The position numbers and the translations under genes are program-made. The notes below the pieces were generated by a model that saw only the letters and a list, made by a program, of their open reading frames with translations, made no database searches and was not told where the DNA came from. 64,000 nt of DNA, from assembly GCA_951406725.2 (NCBI GenBank), contig OX597829.1, forward strand, positions 36,704,001 through 36,768,000, in the 5' to 3' direction. Origin of the DNA: Octopus vulgaris (lineage: Eukaryota). Below, piece after piece: positions 13,614 to 26,765 of this stretch. Each line of letters begins with the position of its first letter. The first letter of the stretch is position 1.

Positions 13614-13842
13614 AGAGGTTGTTTTCATTCTGAATTTCTTTAGAAAAGGGTAACTGGAACTGTATTCCTTTTGGACTAGGTTTCATAATTAATGGAAAAA
13701 TTAGCTTTTCTTCCCAACATTGAAGGGAATTCATTTCTCCAGATTCACAGCTTTCTTTCCATAGTTTGAGATTACTTTCCAAAAGCTATTCAGCAACGTG
13801 TTTAGTAAAGCCGACATACGTTTCTTCATCAAGAAACGTATG

Positions 13843-13901
13843 GACTTGGTAGACAGAAACTGAAAGAAGCCTATACATGTATGTATGCGTGTCTATATAT
13901 G

Positions 13902-13992
<91 letters not shown>

Positions 13993-14219
13993 CTTTATGC
14001 CTCTGTTTGTCCGCTTCTACTTGACAACCGGTCGGTGTTGGTGAGTTCAAGTCCCTGTAACTTAGCAGTTTCGCAAAAGTGGTCGATAGAATGAGTACAA
14101 GGTTTTAAGAAATAAGTACTGAGTTCGATTCATTTGACTAAAGATATTCTTCAAAGCAGTGGCCTAGCATGCCCGCAGTCTAGTGGCTGAAACAAGCAAA
14201 AGAATAAAAGAATAAAGAA
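13843..14219 (+). mobile_element. SINE family A, 5'-truncated, internal (GT)n
   Basis: GGTAGACAGAAACTGAAAGAAGC..(GT)n..CTTGACAACCG..GATAGAAT..CTGAAACAAG. Confidence 0.8.
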
Positions 14220-14802
14220 TATGTATATACATATATACATAAGTATACATATATTCATATGTATACATATAAACATGTACGTATGTATATATTATATAGG
14301 TTTGTGGTGCAATGAGGAAATACCACTATTCCCCCCGTATATAAGAATATGACTCCTTGATTTGAAACTGTGATAAGTACCAACGCATGAAACTCACAAC
14401 CTTTGAGTCACTCCTGCCGACTATTAATAATAAAACGTATATACGTTTGCACACAGTATTATTGTGTCTGCATTCCCCAAATTTCTATAGGAGTTATCAT
14501 CCATTTGACATCAATTTAGTGTGGGCTCATATGGTCACACAAAAGCGCTCGCTTGCATTTCTTTGTGCGATGAGAGATGTTTTGTAAGGGCTTTTACACA
14601 ATGTGCTTTCCCACTTGCCTTCTTCTCATTTAATTCATTCCCTTTTTCTCCCCTACCCACTCCTCTCCCTTCCACTTGTTCCCTTCCATCCTGTTCCCTT
14701 TCTCCCATGACATTTTTTCTCTATTTGGTTTTCTCACATTTTTGCATTTTTCTTTTCCTCGATACTTTCTTTTTCACCCTTATCTCTCTTCTTTCTACTC
14801 TT

Positions 14803-14861
<59 letters not shown>

Positions 14862-15875
14862 CATCTATCCCTCTCTTCTTCCTATTCTCTTTTTTCACAC
14901 TCTCTAATCCTATACCCTACACATATAACAAAGATGTGCATGCAAGAGATTATATTGTATGTACCAGTGTGTGCTTGTGTGTCTGTATGCATGTAATCAA
15001 GTAGGTGGGTTGCACGAGTGCATATATATAGGTGTCCGTGCATGTGTGTGTGTGTTTATATATGTATACATACATGTGTATATGTGACATATGTGCGTAT
15101 GCATGTTGTATATAGACGTACATACACACATTTGAGAATACAGGCATACATACACATATATGAGAATACTTAAGCGTGTATGTATATATACTTATTTTTT
15201 CGCACCTATCACTTCATAATAATTAAAACATTTTTTCTTACATCCACTTTCACCACTCAGTTAAATAAGTTAGAAAATTATTTATAAATATCACTATGGT
15301 TTTCTACCGCTTTTGTCCATAACTAGATTCTCAATTTATATTGTGATTTTTTAATAACTAACATAGTTAATATTAAAATATAGAAACATGTATTTATTCG
15401 AAAAATCTTTCTTGAAAATTTACCTTAGCCTTATCTCCCCTACATTGTTACCTTATTCAACCTCTCAACAAAAAACTCTTTTATCACCATTCGTGTTTTT
15501 TGTATTTTTTTCAATATTTTTAACCTCAGCATTTTCTTTCTTGATTCAGTAATATTAAAAACTATTCTTCTTTTTTTAGTCCTTCCTCTTAGACTTATTT
15601 CACACAAACGAATATACTACTTTTTAACTAATAATAAATCTTTTTTACCCATTATATTAACCTAATAATTACTCCCTCAAAACCCTGAATTTTTTTGTCA
15701 TTTGAATTTCAAGTAACTTATATGAAATGATACTAACTAGGAATTTTTAAAACAATTTTTTTAATATACACCATAATTATTTTCATTCTTTCCATTGTAT
15801 ACCACTCATAATTGTTAAATCATATATAATTTTATATATAGCTATGCTGTCAGATTGGACGATTATTTATTTATT

Positions 15876-15994
<119 letters not shown>

Positions 15995-16339
15995 TTTACT
16001 TCTTATAAATGCTTTATATGGAATGTATATCACTTACTTACTTATCTTCATATAGAGAGAATGTTTCTTAAACATTTTTTACTTGTATTACTAAATATCA
16101 GTTAGCTGCATCAGTTATATTCAAACACAACTAGACTCAACACTACTTATCTTTTATAATCATATGAATATCCAAACATGTTATGTGACACTCACTCCAT
16201 CTAGTCTTCTGTAACAATATAATATTCTTCTGGTGTATTCGTTTTGACGTATTCTTCTTTCACACTGAGGAGAACACTGTTCTTATTGTTTCTTTACCTT
16301 CAAGAGGAGTAATATCACTCCTTAAATATTATTATTATT

Positions 16340-16515
16340 ATCATCATCATCATCATCATCATCATTATTGAGTGAGAGAGCAGTGCATGCCATCAAAGTG
16401 ACACTGGGGTAAAATATACGAAGCCCAGTATACCCATCATGACTACTGATAAAGGTACACTAGGCACATGTATCACAACCATATGTGCATGACATGGTGA
16501 TCTCATATTAAGATA
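16340..16515 (-). mobile_element. Retroposon 3' end with (TGA)n tail
   Basis: Non-repetitive block ending in (TCA)n on the plus strand; family not resolved. Confidence 0.35.
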
Positions 16516-16599
16516 AATGTTTTTATTTTTCATTCCCTTTCGAAATTACCCTTAATAGTGGTTTAGAGTTTAATTACGCTTTCTAGCGAGTCAGATGTC

Positions 16600-16672
<73 letters not shown>

Positions 16673-16772
16673 TCAATAATAAAGGGTGAAATTAATTTAA
16701 TTTAGAAATAATCATTAATTTCACCAAGTAGAGTTCGGCATGTAAAAGACCCATTCAAGGAAGGTTTAAGTA

Positions 16773-16866
16773 ATACTAAGTAATTAAGGGTTTAGCTTTT
16801 TGACTGCTATTTCTAAATTCGGTGTGTGGTGAGGCATATCGTTGCTAAACCCTTAATTACTTAGTA
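16773..16866. repeat. Hairpin with 24-bp perfect arms in a short element between microsatellites
   Basis: ATACTAAGTAATTAAGGGTTTAGC ... GCTAAACCCTTAATTACTTAGTAT. Confidence 0.75.
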
Positions 16867-16905
16867 TATATATATATATATGAGTGTGTGCGTGTGTGTG
16901 TGTGT

Positions 16906-16967
<62 letters not shown>

Positions 16968-17230
16968 ATGTATGTATGTATGTATGTATGTATGTATGTA
17001 CGCATGTATATATATAGGGAAAATTCACAAAACAGCAAAAGACGAAGATTGGTGGTGTAAACAACAAACATGTGTTAGTATAACGATCGGGAAATGAAAA
17101 AGTCTTTAACGTTTCGAGCCTACACTCTTCCACAGAAAGGTACACAGAAACAAAAAAAAAGAAGAGAAATTTTTTTTAAATATATGTATATGTATGTGTT
17201 TTGTGTACGTATATTTATGTATGTATATGA

Positions 17231-17261
<31 letters not shown>

Positions 17262-17805
17262 TACATATAGTTTTTTATTCATCAATGTGGGTATATATAT
17301 TTATTTGTGTGCGTATGTGTATGTATATATATGTATATATGTATCTGGAGTACGTTATTAGTTCATGAAATAGACTCACTGTTTATCGAGAATAATTTTT
17401 AATATTCCGCCTCTTTGTATGTATAAACATAAGTATATGTATATGTATGTATGCATTTAAAAGTAAAATGCAGCTTGTAAATATGCTTTTTCAAATGTTG
17501 TCTCCCCTGCATTGCTTATGAATATATAACATTAGTTTTTTCGCTCTTCCCTTTTACAAAATATAAAACAATATTATCGCCGTGAACAAAATATCTCGGG
17601 AAAATAATAATTTTTATTTTTTTAAAAATACTTTTCTTCAATACCAAGTATAGATCATTATTACTTTTATAATATTTTACGACAATCACGTAAGTGGTCT
17701 CCTTTAAATACATCTGTACACTAGTTTGTATGTACTTCGTAAGTTTCATTCTTTTAAATTTTTCTAGCTGTTTTTAGATAATTAATGCAACATATAGTAC
17801 CTATA

Positions 17806-18033
17806 TTTATTTCTTTATTGCCCACAAGGGGCTAAACATAGAGGGGACAAACAAGGACAGACAAACGGATTAAGTCGATTGCATCGGCCCCAGTGCGAAA
17901 CAGGTACTTAATTTATCGACCACGAAAGGATGAAAGGCAAAGTCGACCTCGGTGGAATTTGAACTCACAACGTAACGGCAGACGAAATACGGCTACGCAT
18001 TTCACCTGGCATGCTAGTGTTTCTGTCAGCTCA
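17806..18033 (-). mobile_element. SINE family B (Meta-domain-like core)
   Basis: Reverse complement of GAGTTCAAATTCC..GTCGACTTTGCCTTTCATCCTTTCG..GATAAATTAAGTACC..CCCCTTGTGGG..AAAGAAATA. Confidence 0.9.
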
Positions 18034-18506
18034 GATAAAAAAAACTATATAAACTATTAATCAATCCCACTTGGTAGTTCTAACTTCCAATTTACTTAAA
18101 GACATAGAAGGTATGATAGATGACGGTTCAGAAATTTTTAAATATGAATTGGAAATAACATATAGCTCCTTATTTGGTATTTCTGAATGTACATACACAT
18201 ATATCTTGACCAGTGTTTTCTTTAAGGCGTGTTTTAAATAGATATTTATTGGATTTCATAGGGATGAAGTCAAAAATTAACTATTAGATATTTAAGCAGC
18301 AAAGTCCTTTAATGTTTTAATCCTGATTCAAATTTATCTTGAGCAGAAGAATGAATATACAAATACCTATATAATAATGGTAACTAAGAAACCATTCAAT
18401 GTCTATTTTAAACGTCTTGTTCATTATCCTTTAAATCTCGCCTACAATTTGATGTTTGCGATGTTCTCTTTATGGAAATATTGGTCCTTTTTTGTCAGAA
18501 ACAATT

Positions 18507-18897
18507 ACTCTTTTACTTGTTTCGGTCATTTGACTGCGGCCATGCTAGAGCACCGTCTTTAGTCGAGCAAATTGACCCCACGTCTTATTCTTTGTAAGCC
18601 TAGTACTTATTCTATCGGTCTCTTTTGTGTAAACGCTAAGTTACGGAGACGTAAACACACCAGCATCGGTTGTCAAGTGATGTTTAGGGGGGACAAACAC
18701 AAGACACACAGACATATACACACACATACATATATATATATACACACATACATATTCATATGTGTGTGTGTGTGTGTGTATTTCAGTTTCCATCTACCAA
18801 ATCCACTCACAAGACTGGTCGGCCCGAGGCTATAGTAAAAGGCACTTGCTTAGGGTGCCACGCAGTGTGATTAAACCCGGAACCATGTGGTTGGTAG
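18507..18897 (-). mobile_element. SINE family A
   Basis: Near full-length reverse copy of the family at 63718, including the 3' tail. Confidence 0.85.
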
Positions 18898-19154
18898 GAT
18901 TATAAAATAAAAGAATAATCTATTTTATCACCCAATCTGCTTCATTTCATTTATTTGATGAAATTTATTGAACTTTGTAGTATTGATTATTTCTTTACAT
19001 ACTTTCAAACCTCATATTGCACTGTAGTTCGAATATCTACCGTTAGGCGTCGTTATCACTCTTGATTCCCGCGATTGTTTTGAATTCAGATTTGTTTACG
19101 CCTGTTCATTGGCTACTTTCTAATTCCCATTCTCTTGTAACTTTATTTTTTGCC

Positions 19155-19800
19155 CCCATGGTTCCTAAGAAAATTCATATTGAAAGTGATAAGCATCATG
19201 CTATAACGCTGGAAGATAAACTGGCTATGGCAAAACGCCATGAAAAAGGTGAAAAGTGGTAGCAACCACATGATCTTTTGTGGTGGGTCGGACATTTTGG
19301 GATGTCGATTGTACATAATAAGGATAAGATTTTAGCACATATCAAATCTGCAGCTTCGGGGATGAAAAACGCTGTCTTCTTTCTCTTTGAATTGTTACTA
19401 CGAGCAAAGAACTGGAAATGGATTTGGAGGAGAAGGATTTCACAGACTTATTTGAAAAAGACAAGCAGTCCCTGACGAATGAAGATTTGATAGAGCTTCA
19501 CGAGCAGCAAAATAAAGAAAAAGAGGAAGTCGAATGGTAAAGTGACGTCACTTTACCATTAAGAAAATGCAGCAAACATTTGCATTTATCGAAAAAGGTC
19601 TTCCTATGTTCGAGGATTTGGATCCAAATGCTCAACGCTTTTCGAAGATTATAGGGGCTCGTCACCAAGCTTTTGCTCCTTATAATGTAATCCTTGAGGA
19701 AAAGAAGACAGTCCAAGGAACTCTCAAGGAACAACAAGAATAGCCAGAGTCAGATGTTGATGTTGACGATCCACAGCCATTTACATCTGCGATGTAAACC
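19155..19800 (+). mobile_element. Internally deleted Tigger/pogo transposase remnant
   Basis: MVPKK..AITLEDKL..KRHEKGEK, IVHNKDKILAHIK (HTH-psq-like), LTNEDLIEL, FEDLDPNAQRFSK. Confidence 0.7.
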
Positions 19801-20769
19801 ACCGCATTGTATGTACGTTTTTCGTAAATTAAAAATTAATTAGTTTTTTTTTTTACTATTGCAAAATAATAATAATTACTGAATTTGTTTTTTAAGCTTA
19901 AAAAAGGCTTTTATTTTACCATGGCCGCAGTCAAATGACTGAAACAAATAAAAGAACATATATACATACTTATGCATAGACATATACATATGTGGTTACA
20001 TTATGGAGTAAGATATACACTGGTTTAATAAATGTTAATCATATAGCAAAATAAACAAAAGAAATGATATAGTGTATTAAATATACATCACCAATTGAAG
20101 TTTAGCAAAACATTATTAAATATATACCGTTCGAAGTTGTGTGACTTAATTGGAGATTATATTATAAGTAGTTATAAATCAGTGAGAGCTTGGATGTGAG
20201 TGATGAGGATGTCAATATGTGAATTTATAATTCATATTGTTTTTACATAAAGGAGTTATGAAATGTGCTAATTATTGAATATTAATAGTTTAATAGTTAT
20301 TACAACAATATGAAGTTAACTAATCTATTAAAGTGAGAAATGAATTAGTAATCAAATAGATATTTAAAGGCGAAGAATTTACATAAAATACTCAAAATTG
20401 AACAACGTGGCAGGTCAAAAGTACAAAAATGTATCTCTAATATAATGAGAGAATTTTATACTATGTTCATACTCCTCAGAACATTTTAGGATTTGTGTAC
20501 CTGAGAAGCAAGTTTTTTGTAGAAGCTCTACAAGACATTCCATTCCAATGTCTTTTAACTATTTGTCTACGTAATTACTATGTAATTCCAGATATATTTT
20601 AAACCTGTCATCAAATACTTTAAAATCTGTTATTTAGTTCAATCTTCGCCTTTAAATGTACAACTTACCGATTTCATATTCCAAATACACGTAATCTCAA
20701 ATTTTAAGGGATTGTTTTTTCTCATTTTTTTTTTAGCATACCATTTTCTTTCTTCATCCTGGAATTAAA

Positions 20770-20897
20770 GGGATGAGCGATGGATTGATCACTTTGAGCC
20801 AGAGACAAAGAGACAATCCATGCTGTGGAAACACCCTTCCTCGCCAGCTCCAAAGAAGGCCAAGGTTATTTCATCTGCAGAGAAGGTAGTGGCCTCC
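20770..20897 (+). mobile_element. mariner transposase fragment
   Basis: DERWIDHFEPETKRQSMLWKHPSSPAPKKAKVISSAEKVVAS, the block following the first catalytic D of mariner transposases. Confidence 0.85.
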
Positions 20898-20899
20898 TT

Positions 20900-21378
20900 G
20901 TGCTCAGTGGGTATTTCGGCCCCTTCATCCGCGACACCAGAGCTTCCCGGGGCCCCCCACCGATGCAGGCGACAAAACTCTTGCACAACAGAACGAGCTT
21001 TGTTGAGTCCGATATTGCAACTCTGGGCCAGACGTTTCACTCATCTTCAGTGATCATTCTTGTTGCACTACTCATTCTTTCCGTTGATCCATATGTATTT
21101 GCTTGTTTTCTCAGCAGCAGCATCATTTGTCTCCTTCACAGCAAGTCCAAGACTTCTGAGCATCGAATGAATTCTTGGTTCCAATAAATCCGCTAACACC
21201 TATTTCTACAGGAAGGCGTATTGATTCCATCCATTGTCTTCACAGAGTTTAACCAACTCATTGTACTTTCTGTCTTTCTGGCAGCAGCATCTTTTGTCTC
21301 CTTCACAGCAATTCCAAGACTTCTGAGCATCGAGTGAACTCTTGGTTCCAACAAATTCGCTAACACCTATTCCACTTC
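20900..21378 (-). mobile_element. 3' end of a HERO-like (RLE-bearing) non-LTR retrotransposon with internal duplication
   Basis: RK..KYNELVKLCEDNGW..LPVEIGVSGFIG..MLRSLG..DAAEKTSKYIW; about 90 bp duplicated (21114-21204 and 21281-21372). Confidence 0.65.
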
Positions 21379-21384
21379 AAACAA

Positions 21385-21720
21385 GGTGAAATATTTAAGA
21401 TCAAATCAAACTTCACCTGTGCCTCGTGAAATCTAATCTATGCCATGACATGCTTCGGATGTGGTAACCACTATATTGGACAAACAGGGATATTACTCCG
21501 TCGAAGAACCACTATCTACAAAGAACAAATCCACCACCCACAATACAGACAGTTACAGGTTAGTGGACACATAGAAAGGTCTGCTAGGAATCTTAATTCT
21601 AATTTACAAATTTTCTCCTTCTATCAATGTTCACAGAACACCTCAATGCAACAAAAATTGAATAAACAGGCAATTTTCATCAATAAATATTTTCCCCAAC
21701 AAAATATGAACACATAACAT
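21385..21720 (+). mobile_element. Penelope GIY-YIG endonuclease fragment
   Basis: NLIYAMTCFGCGNHYIGQTGILLRRRTTIYKEQI..VSGHI..IFSFYQC. Confidence 0.85.
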
Positions 21721-22104
21721 CATACAGAACACTACTAACCCTTCAATTAATACCACTAACCCCCATACATCCCTTACACCATTCAAATTACAATTCTATA
21801 TCTAACCAAACTGCACAAAATCCAGAACTACTTACCTCCCGTACAAATAATCTTTTTACTCGGGAACTATTAGACCTGACACCGTTCATTAGCCGGTGTT
21901 CATTCAAAGCAATGAATAGTATCTGACGAATCCGCGGTATGCTGGAATCTCTTTAATAATCTCATAATAATGACTTTTATGACTCTTATTACTTTTATTA
22001 CGACCTCAGTCCATCTAAATGTATATAACTGTCGTTACCTTTCATAAAAAGCCTTTTCTTTTTTTATTTACAATGTGCATTTTCGTTGATTTTTCTTACT
22101 TTCC

Positions 22105-22147
<43 letters not shown>

Positions 22148-22939
22148 ATCAAAGGTTACAAGCCTCATTCAGGGATAGCAAAATCCTATGAATGTACTGG
22201 TTAATTACCTGTATAAAGAGTATTGAACATTACATTTGATACTCAAATGCAAGGTAACTATATAAACCGTGGTTTATATATTTATATATATTTATTATAA
22301 TAATATGATAGAATAGAAGAATAATTAATAAATTATTACTTATTAATTAATTAAAAAAACTGACAAACATCCTTTACAGCAGTTTCAATTCAGGCTCTCA
22401 GAAAATTTATTAAATTAAAAATTATTTGAAGGTGTTCAGTTCTCTCGCATTGAGTAAACAACTGCAAATCGAGAATGGTTTGCAGCCGTTTACTCAGTAT
22501 AAAATGGAGCAAAAACGCAATAGAGGACAATAAAACTTTCGGACAGATAGACGATACAAAGGCTGACAAGAGAAACAACAATTAGAAGGACAGGGGGAAA
22601 AAACGAGTCATTCGTGGCCTTCTTTTCTCAGTCAAGTTACCAGAAGTCCTTACTGTTTCGGGCAGTTTACTTCAGGCAGTTAGATCTGGTTGCCCCCAAG
22701 AAAGTCTAAATTAAGAGCATTAGATTTTTTGTAAGAAATCTAACAAATGTGTACGGCAACAAAGACAAAAAATGGAGCACATGGTACACAATTACAAAAA
22801 AAAATAACAAAAATATAACAACAAGTGTCTTTCGACTGAGAACTAATCAAATTGAGCTGGAGTGTATGAAGTGAAAGCTTAAAGGCAGGAACATAGGAAA
22901 TGGACATAAGAGGTGTTGGCGGTTGACAGTCAGGACAAT

Positions 22940-23145
22940 GTTTGTGTCTGTGTTTGTTCCCACCACCATCGATTGACAACGGATGTTGGGGTGTTTACGT
23001 CCCCTTGACTTAGCTGTTCGGCAAAATAACGTGATAGAATAAGTACTAGGCTTACAAAGAAAAAGTTCTGGGGTTGATTTGTTCGACTAAAGGCGGTGCT
23101 CCAGCATGGACGAAGTCAAATGACTGAAACAAATAAAATAAAAGA
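22940..23145 (+). mobile_element. SINE family A, 3' half
   Basis: TTGACAAC..GTTTACGTCCCC..GATAGAATAAGTACTAGG..GGCGGTGCTCCAGCATGG..ACTGAAACAA. Confidence 0.8.
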
Positions 23146-23147
23146 AG

Positions 23148-23186
<39 letters not shown>

Positions 23187-23189
<3 letters not shown>

Positions 23190-24270
23190 GGGTAGGACAA
23201 AATAATAGAAACATCTAGCATCATAGCATCATAATTTTGAAATATCAATAAAACCGTCAAAAGCTTGTTTATTTTTATGTCTTTTGATTTATTATTAGTG
23301 TTGCTTAATATGTTTTGCTAAAATTGCTGCTTCTTTTCAGATATCCTCAGAAAAATGTAATTAAAATTCATTAAAATGACAGATCTATCGGACTTTCAAA
23401 TGATCAAATTGTTGGTGCTCATATGTCAGGCTCTAGCGTAACGAAAACAGCCGAAATGTTTGGTGTGTCAAGAAGTACTGTAATGACAGTCTTTGAGAAA
23501 GAGGGAAAAATCTCCTCGTCTAAACAAAACTCCGGAAGAAAACCAAAACTTTCGGATAGGGGCCGTAAGATTCTAACGCGAATTGTTAGAAAAGATCATA
23601 AAAGTACAGACCGCAAAATTACTGTAGAGCTTAACTACCACCACGAGAACCCAGTTTCCACAAACAAAATATTCGCCGGGAGCTGCACAAATCCGGATTT
23701 CACGAGAGGGCTGCAATCAGAAAACTAATACTTTCAAAAACAAACGTTGCAAAGCGTTTAGAGTGGAGTAAAATCCTACAAAATTGGTCCCTTGTGCAGT
23801 GGAAGAATGTTATTTTCTCGGACGAGTCATCTTTTACCTTATTTCCGACCACCGACCAAGTATACGTGTGGAGACAACCAAAAGAAGCATTTGACCCAGC
23901 TTCCAACTGTTAAACATAGAGAAGGATCTGTGATGATAGGGGGGGGGGGCCTACATCTTAGAAATCATCCGGCCCAATTCTTTCCTTTCATGGCAGAATT
24001 AATAGTCAAGACTGTTTAAGCATTTTATCTGATCAAATTCATCCTATGGTTGCGGAACTGTTTCCGGAGGGAAACGCAATCTTTCAGGATGATAATGCAC
24101 CAATTCACACAGCTAAAGTTGTTACTGAATAGCATGAGGAACATTCTAGTGAAGCTGAACATCTTATCTGGCCACCACACTCCCAAGACCTCAATATTAT
24201 TGAACATTTATGGTGCATTTTAGAAAAACAAGTAAGGAGTCGATATCCTCCACCATCATTACTACAAGAA
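23187..24270 (+). mobile_element. Tc1-like transposon, DD36E spacing, 3'-truncated and decayed
   Basis: Starts TA|CAGGGGTAGGACAAAATAAT; MTDLSDFQ, GVSRSTV, SGRKPKLSDR, FSDESSF, FQDDNAPIH, WPPHSQDLNIIE (36 residues between D and E by manual count). Contains stops and frameshifts. Confidence 0.9.
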
Positions 24271-24517
24271 TGATTGATACATATGTGATGGTAATGTAAA
24301 CAAAGTGGTAATTCTTACATTGAAATTTTGCTCTTGTGCTGGTGAATTCACTGGGTATAGGTTTGCTTGTGGTAGATTGGTTAGTTTCGTTGGGTAATTA
24401 GGGCAGGGTGAGTATTATTTAGGTGCGGGTTACCTCGTTTAATTAAGCACATTTTTTTCTCACGTGTGCATCTCGTATTACAGATTCTAACACAGGCCAG
24501 TGCATCTATCTAAACTC

Positions 24518-24568
24518 GCATTCTGAAGAGATTTACTTACTCCAGCAAATCGAAACGATCGTAAATGC
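24518..24568 (+). ncRNA. Type I minimal hammerhead ribozyme, canonical
   Basis: GCATT-CTGAAGA-GATTT(12 nt loop)AAATC-GAAA-CGATCG-TA-AATGC: perfect stems I and II, palindromic stem III. Confidence 0.88.
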
Positions 24569-24672
24569 CACTCTCATCTCTACTTCTTACTTCTTTGTTA
24601 CCTATTTAATTAAAGACATGCCAGCGTATACCACAAGTTTCCCATTGTTATTATATCCATTTTCTTCTCTTA

Positions 24673-24750
<78 letters not shown>

Positions 24751-25671
24751 TCATATCTTGGTAAAGAAATATATTTGTGTTTTTTTTTCAGATTATTGTA
24801 TTTATAATATGTTTAAAGAGGAAAGTGATAACACTATAACAACGAAAAAATGTTTTTTTGAAAAGTATTTCGACACAGCAATGTCGATTTTCTATTAATA
24901 AGTTTTATTACTTCGCATCGTATGACCAGAAATTAAGCTCCTTTTTACAAAAGAATATATCTTAATTATTTTTTTTCGGCACAATCTCCGGCACAATTAC
25001 ACATCTTTAACATTTTAACATCATTTCTTTCAGAGATGGTACACAAAACACCTTACAGTCTGGATACAGTCTATCTCATTTTGCAGTTGAACACATCCAA
25101 ATTCCTAAATTATATTAAATCAATAAAACACGAATTTCCTTGTACAGAGTTTTTTAACTTTCAATATCAACTTGTAGAGAGTTTTGTTGGCAAACTATCA
25201 TTTAAATACCCTAACATACAGAGTTGCGTGGGTAGTAACCACATTAATGAAATATAGTACAATATTCAGAATTACGTAGGTTTTTACATGTAAGTTTTCA
25301 AAAGAAATTATACTGAATATAAAGTTGTATCAAAATTTTCTCTTTCTTTCTCCGCTAATATCTTATTTGATTTACAATAAATTCAAAGGATATTCAAATT
25401 GCACATATACGTTGTTAATTAATTGCATATACTGCTCTGTTTGTTATCCCATTTCAGAAATATATTCTAGAAGTCAGACAGTAAAAATTACCTAATAGTT
25501 ATACATTTTTAAAACAATTGAATTTACAAAGTTAAGTGTCGCATATGAACTGAAGCAATAGTAATACGACAGTGAATACGACGTTCTAGTGTATCTTTCT
25601 TAAATCAATAGTTAAATAACAGTCACGTACATATAGTTTGGAGCTAATACAATATATCAATATTGGTTTCA

Positions 25672-25851
25672 AATTTTGGCAAAGGCCAACAGTTACGGGG
25701 GAGGGGTAAGTCGATTTCATCGACCCCAATGCTCAACTGGATGAAAGGCAAAGTTGATCTCGGTTGAATTTGAGCACAAAACGCAAAGACGAACGAAATG
25801 CCGCTAAGTAATTTGTCCGGCGTGTTAAAGATTCTGCCAGCCCGCCGCCTT
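25672..25851 (-). mobile_element. SINE family B variant
   Basis: Reverse of AGGCGGCGGGCTGGCAGAATC..CAAATTC..CTTTGCCTTTCATCC..GGGGTCGATG. Confidence 0.75.
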
Positions 25852-26115
25852 ACTAGATATCAGTATTAGTTGAAAAAAAAATTTGGAGAATTAGATTTAT
25901 TCCAGAATACTACTATTTTACCAATTTTACCGACCACATGAAGAAATAATAAATACTAATAAAACTGTGATAGAACTCTGAACCGTAAGGATCATCGTTT
26001 ATATTTATTTGACTTTTCGTAAGACCTTTATCAATACTGTGGGTGGAACATAATTCATTAGAAAGTTACTATTTTTAAAATCTCACCACATCAAATATTC
26101 AGCAGCAGTACTTTG

Positions 26116-26369
26116 TAGTAAATATTGTTTGCCAATATAACATGGCAGTCCTGGTTTAGGACTAATGTTGCTGTAATTTAGCCCCAGGAGACATCGTCTC
26201 CAGCTGGCTATACGACACGATCTGTGTCCTTATATTTCCTTGTTCGAAAATATAAGGGCACAGATCATGTCGTACAGCCAGCTGGAGACAATGTCCCCTG
26301 GGGCTAAATTACAGCAACATTAGTCCTAAACCAGGACTGTCATGTTCTGTTAGCAAACAATATTTACTA
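26116..26369. repeat. ~250 bp near-perfect palindrome (hairpin element)
   Basis: Arms TAGTAAATATTGTTTGC..CTTATATT and AATATAAG..GCAAACAATATTTACTA with a ~11 nt loop. Confidence 0.9.
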
Positions 26370-26679
26370 TAATTCAACAATATTATATATATATATACAC
26401 GTCTGTATAAGTTAGAGGTTAAACAACCATCTAAGGGATAATAAATATCCAATATACTACTGGATTATACCTATATATGTATATCCAAATGCTTACTGTT
26501 GTAAGGCAATAGCGCAATTGAATAATAGTTATGAGTGGAGGTAAACAAATGTTTATCCAGAATTTATAAGGCAAGGAAGAAAATGGAGAAGATAATTAGT
26601 TGACAAACATCAGCTTATAAACATCAATTAGATCTATTTATTAATTACAATCATATGAATGAATGAATGAATGAATGAA

Positions 26680-26722
<43 letters not shown>

Positions 26723-26765
26723 ACAAATAAATATATAAATAAGAATAAATGAGTGAATAAACTTT

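Larger units (their letters stand above)
9900..13800 (-). mobile_element. Decayed Penelope-like retroelement (RT + GIY-YIG) with nested insertions
   Basis: ESDKGSAVVLMD (12216-12500), CGLPKIHKS..LRSIIAGP..SFIRDD (11956-12252), LLFNSCHQKH|KTNIP split by an insertion, and NLIYVITCSGCGHSYIGQT (9984-10238). Confidence 0.9.
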
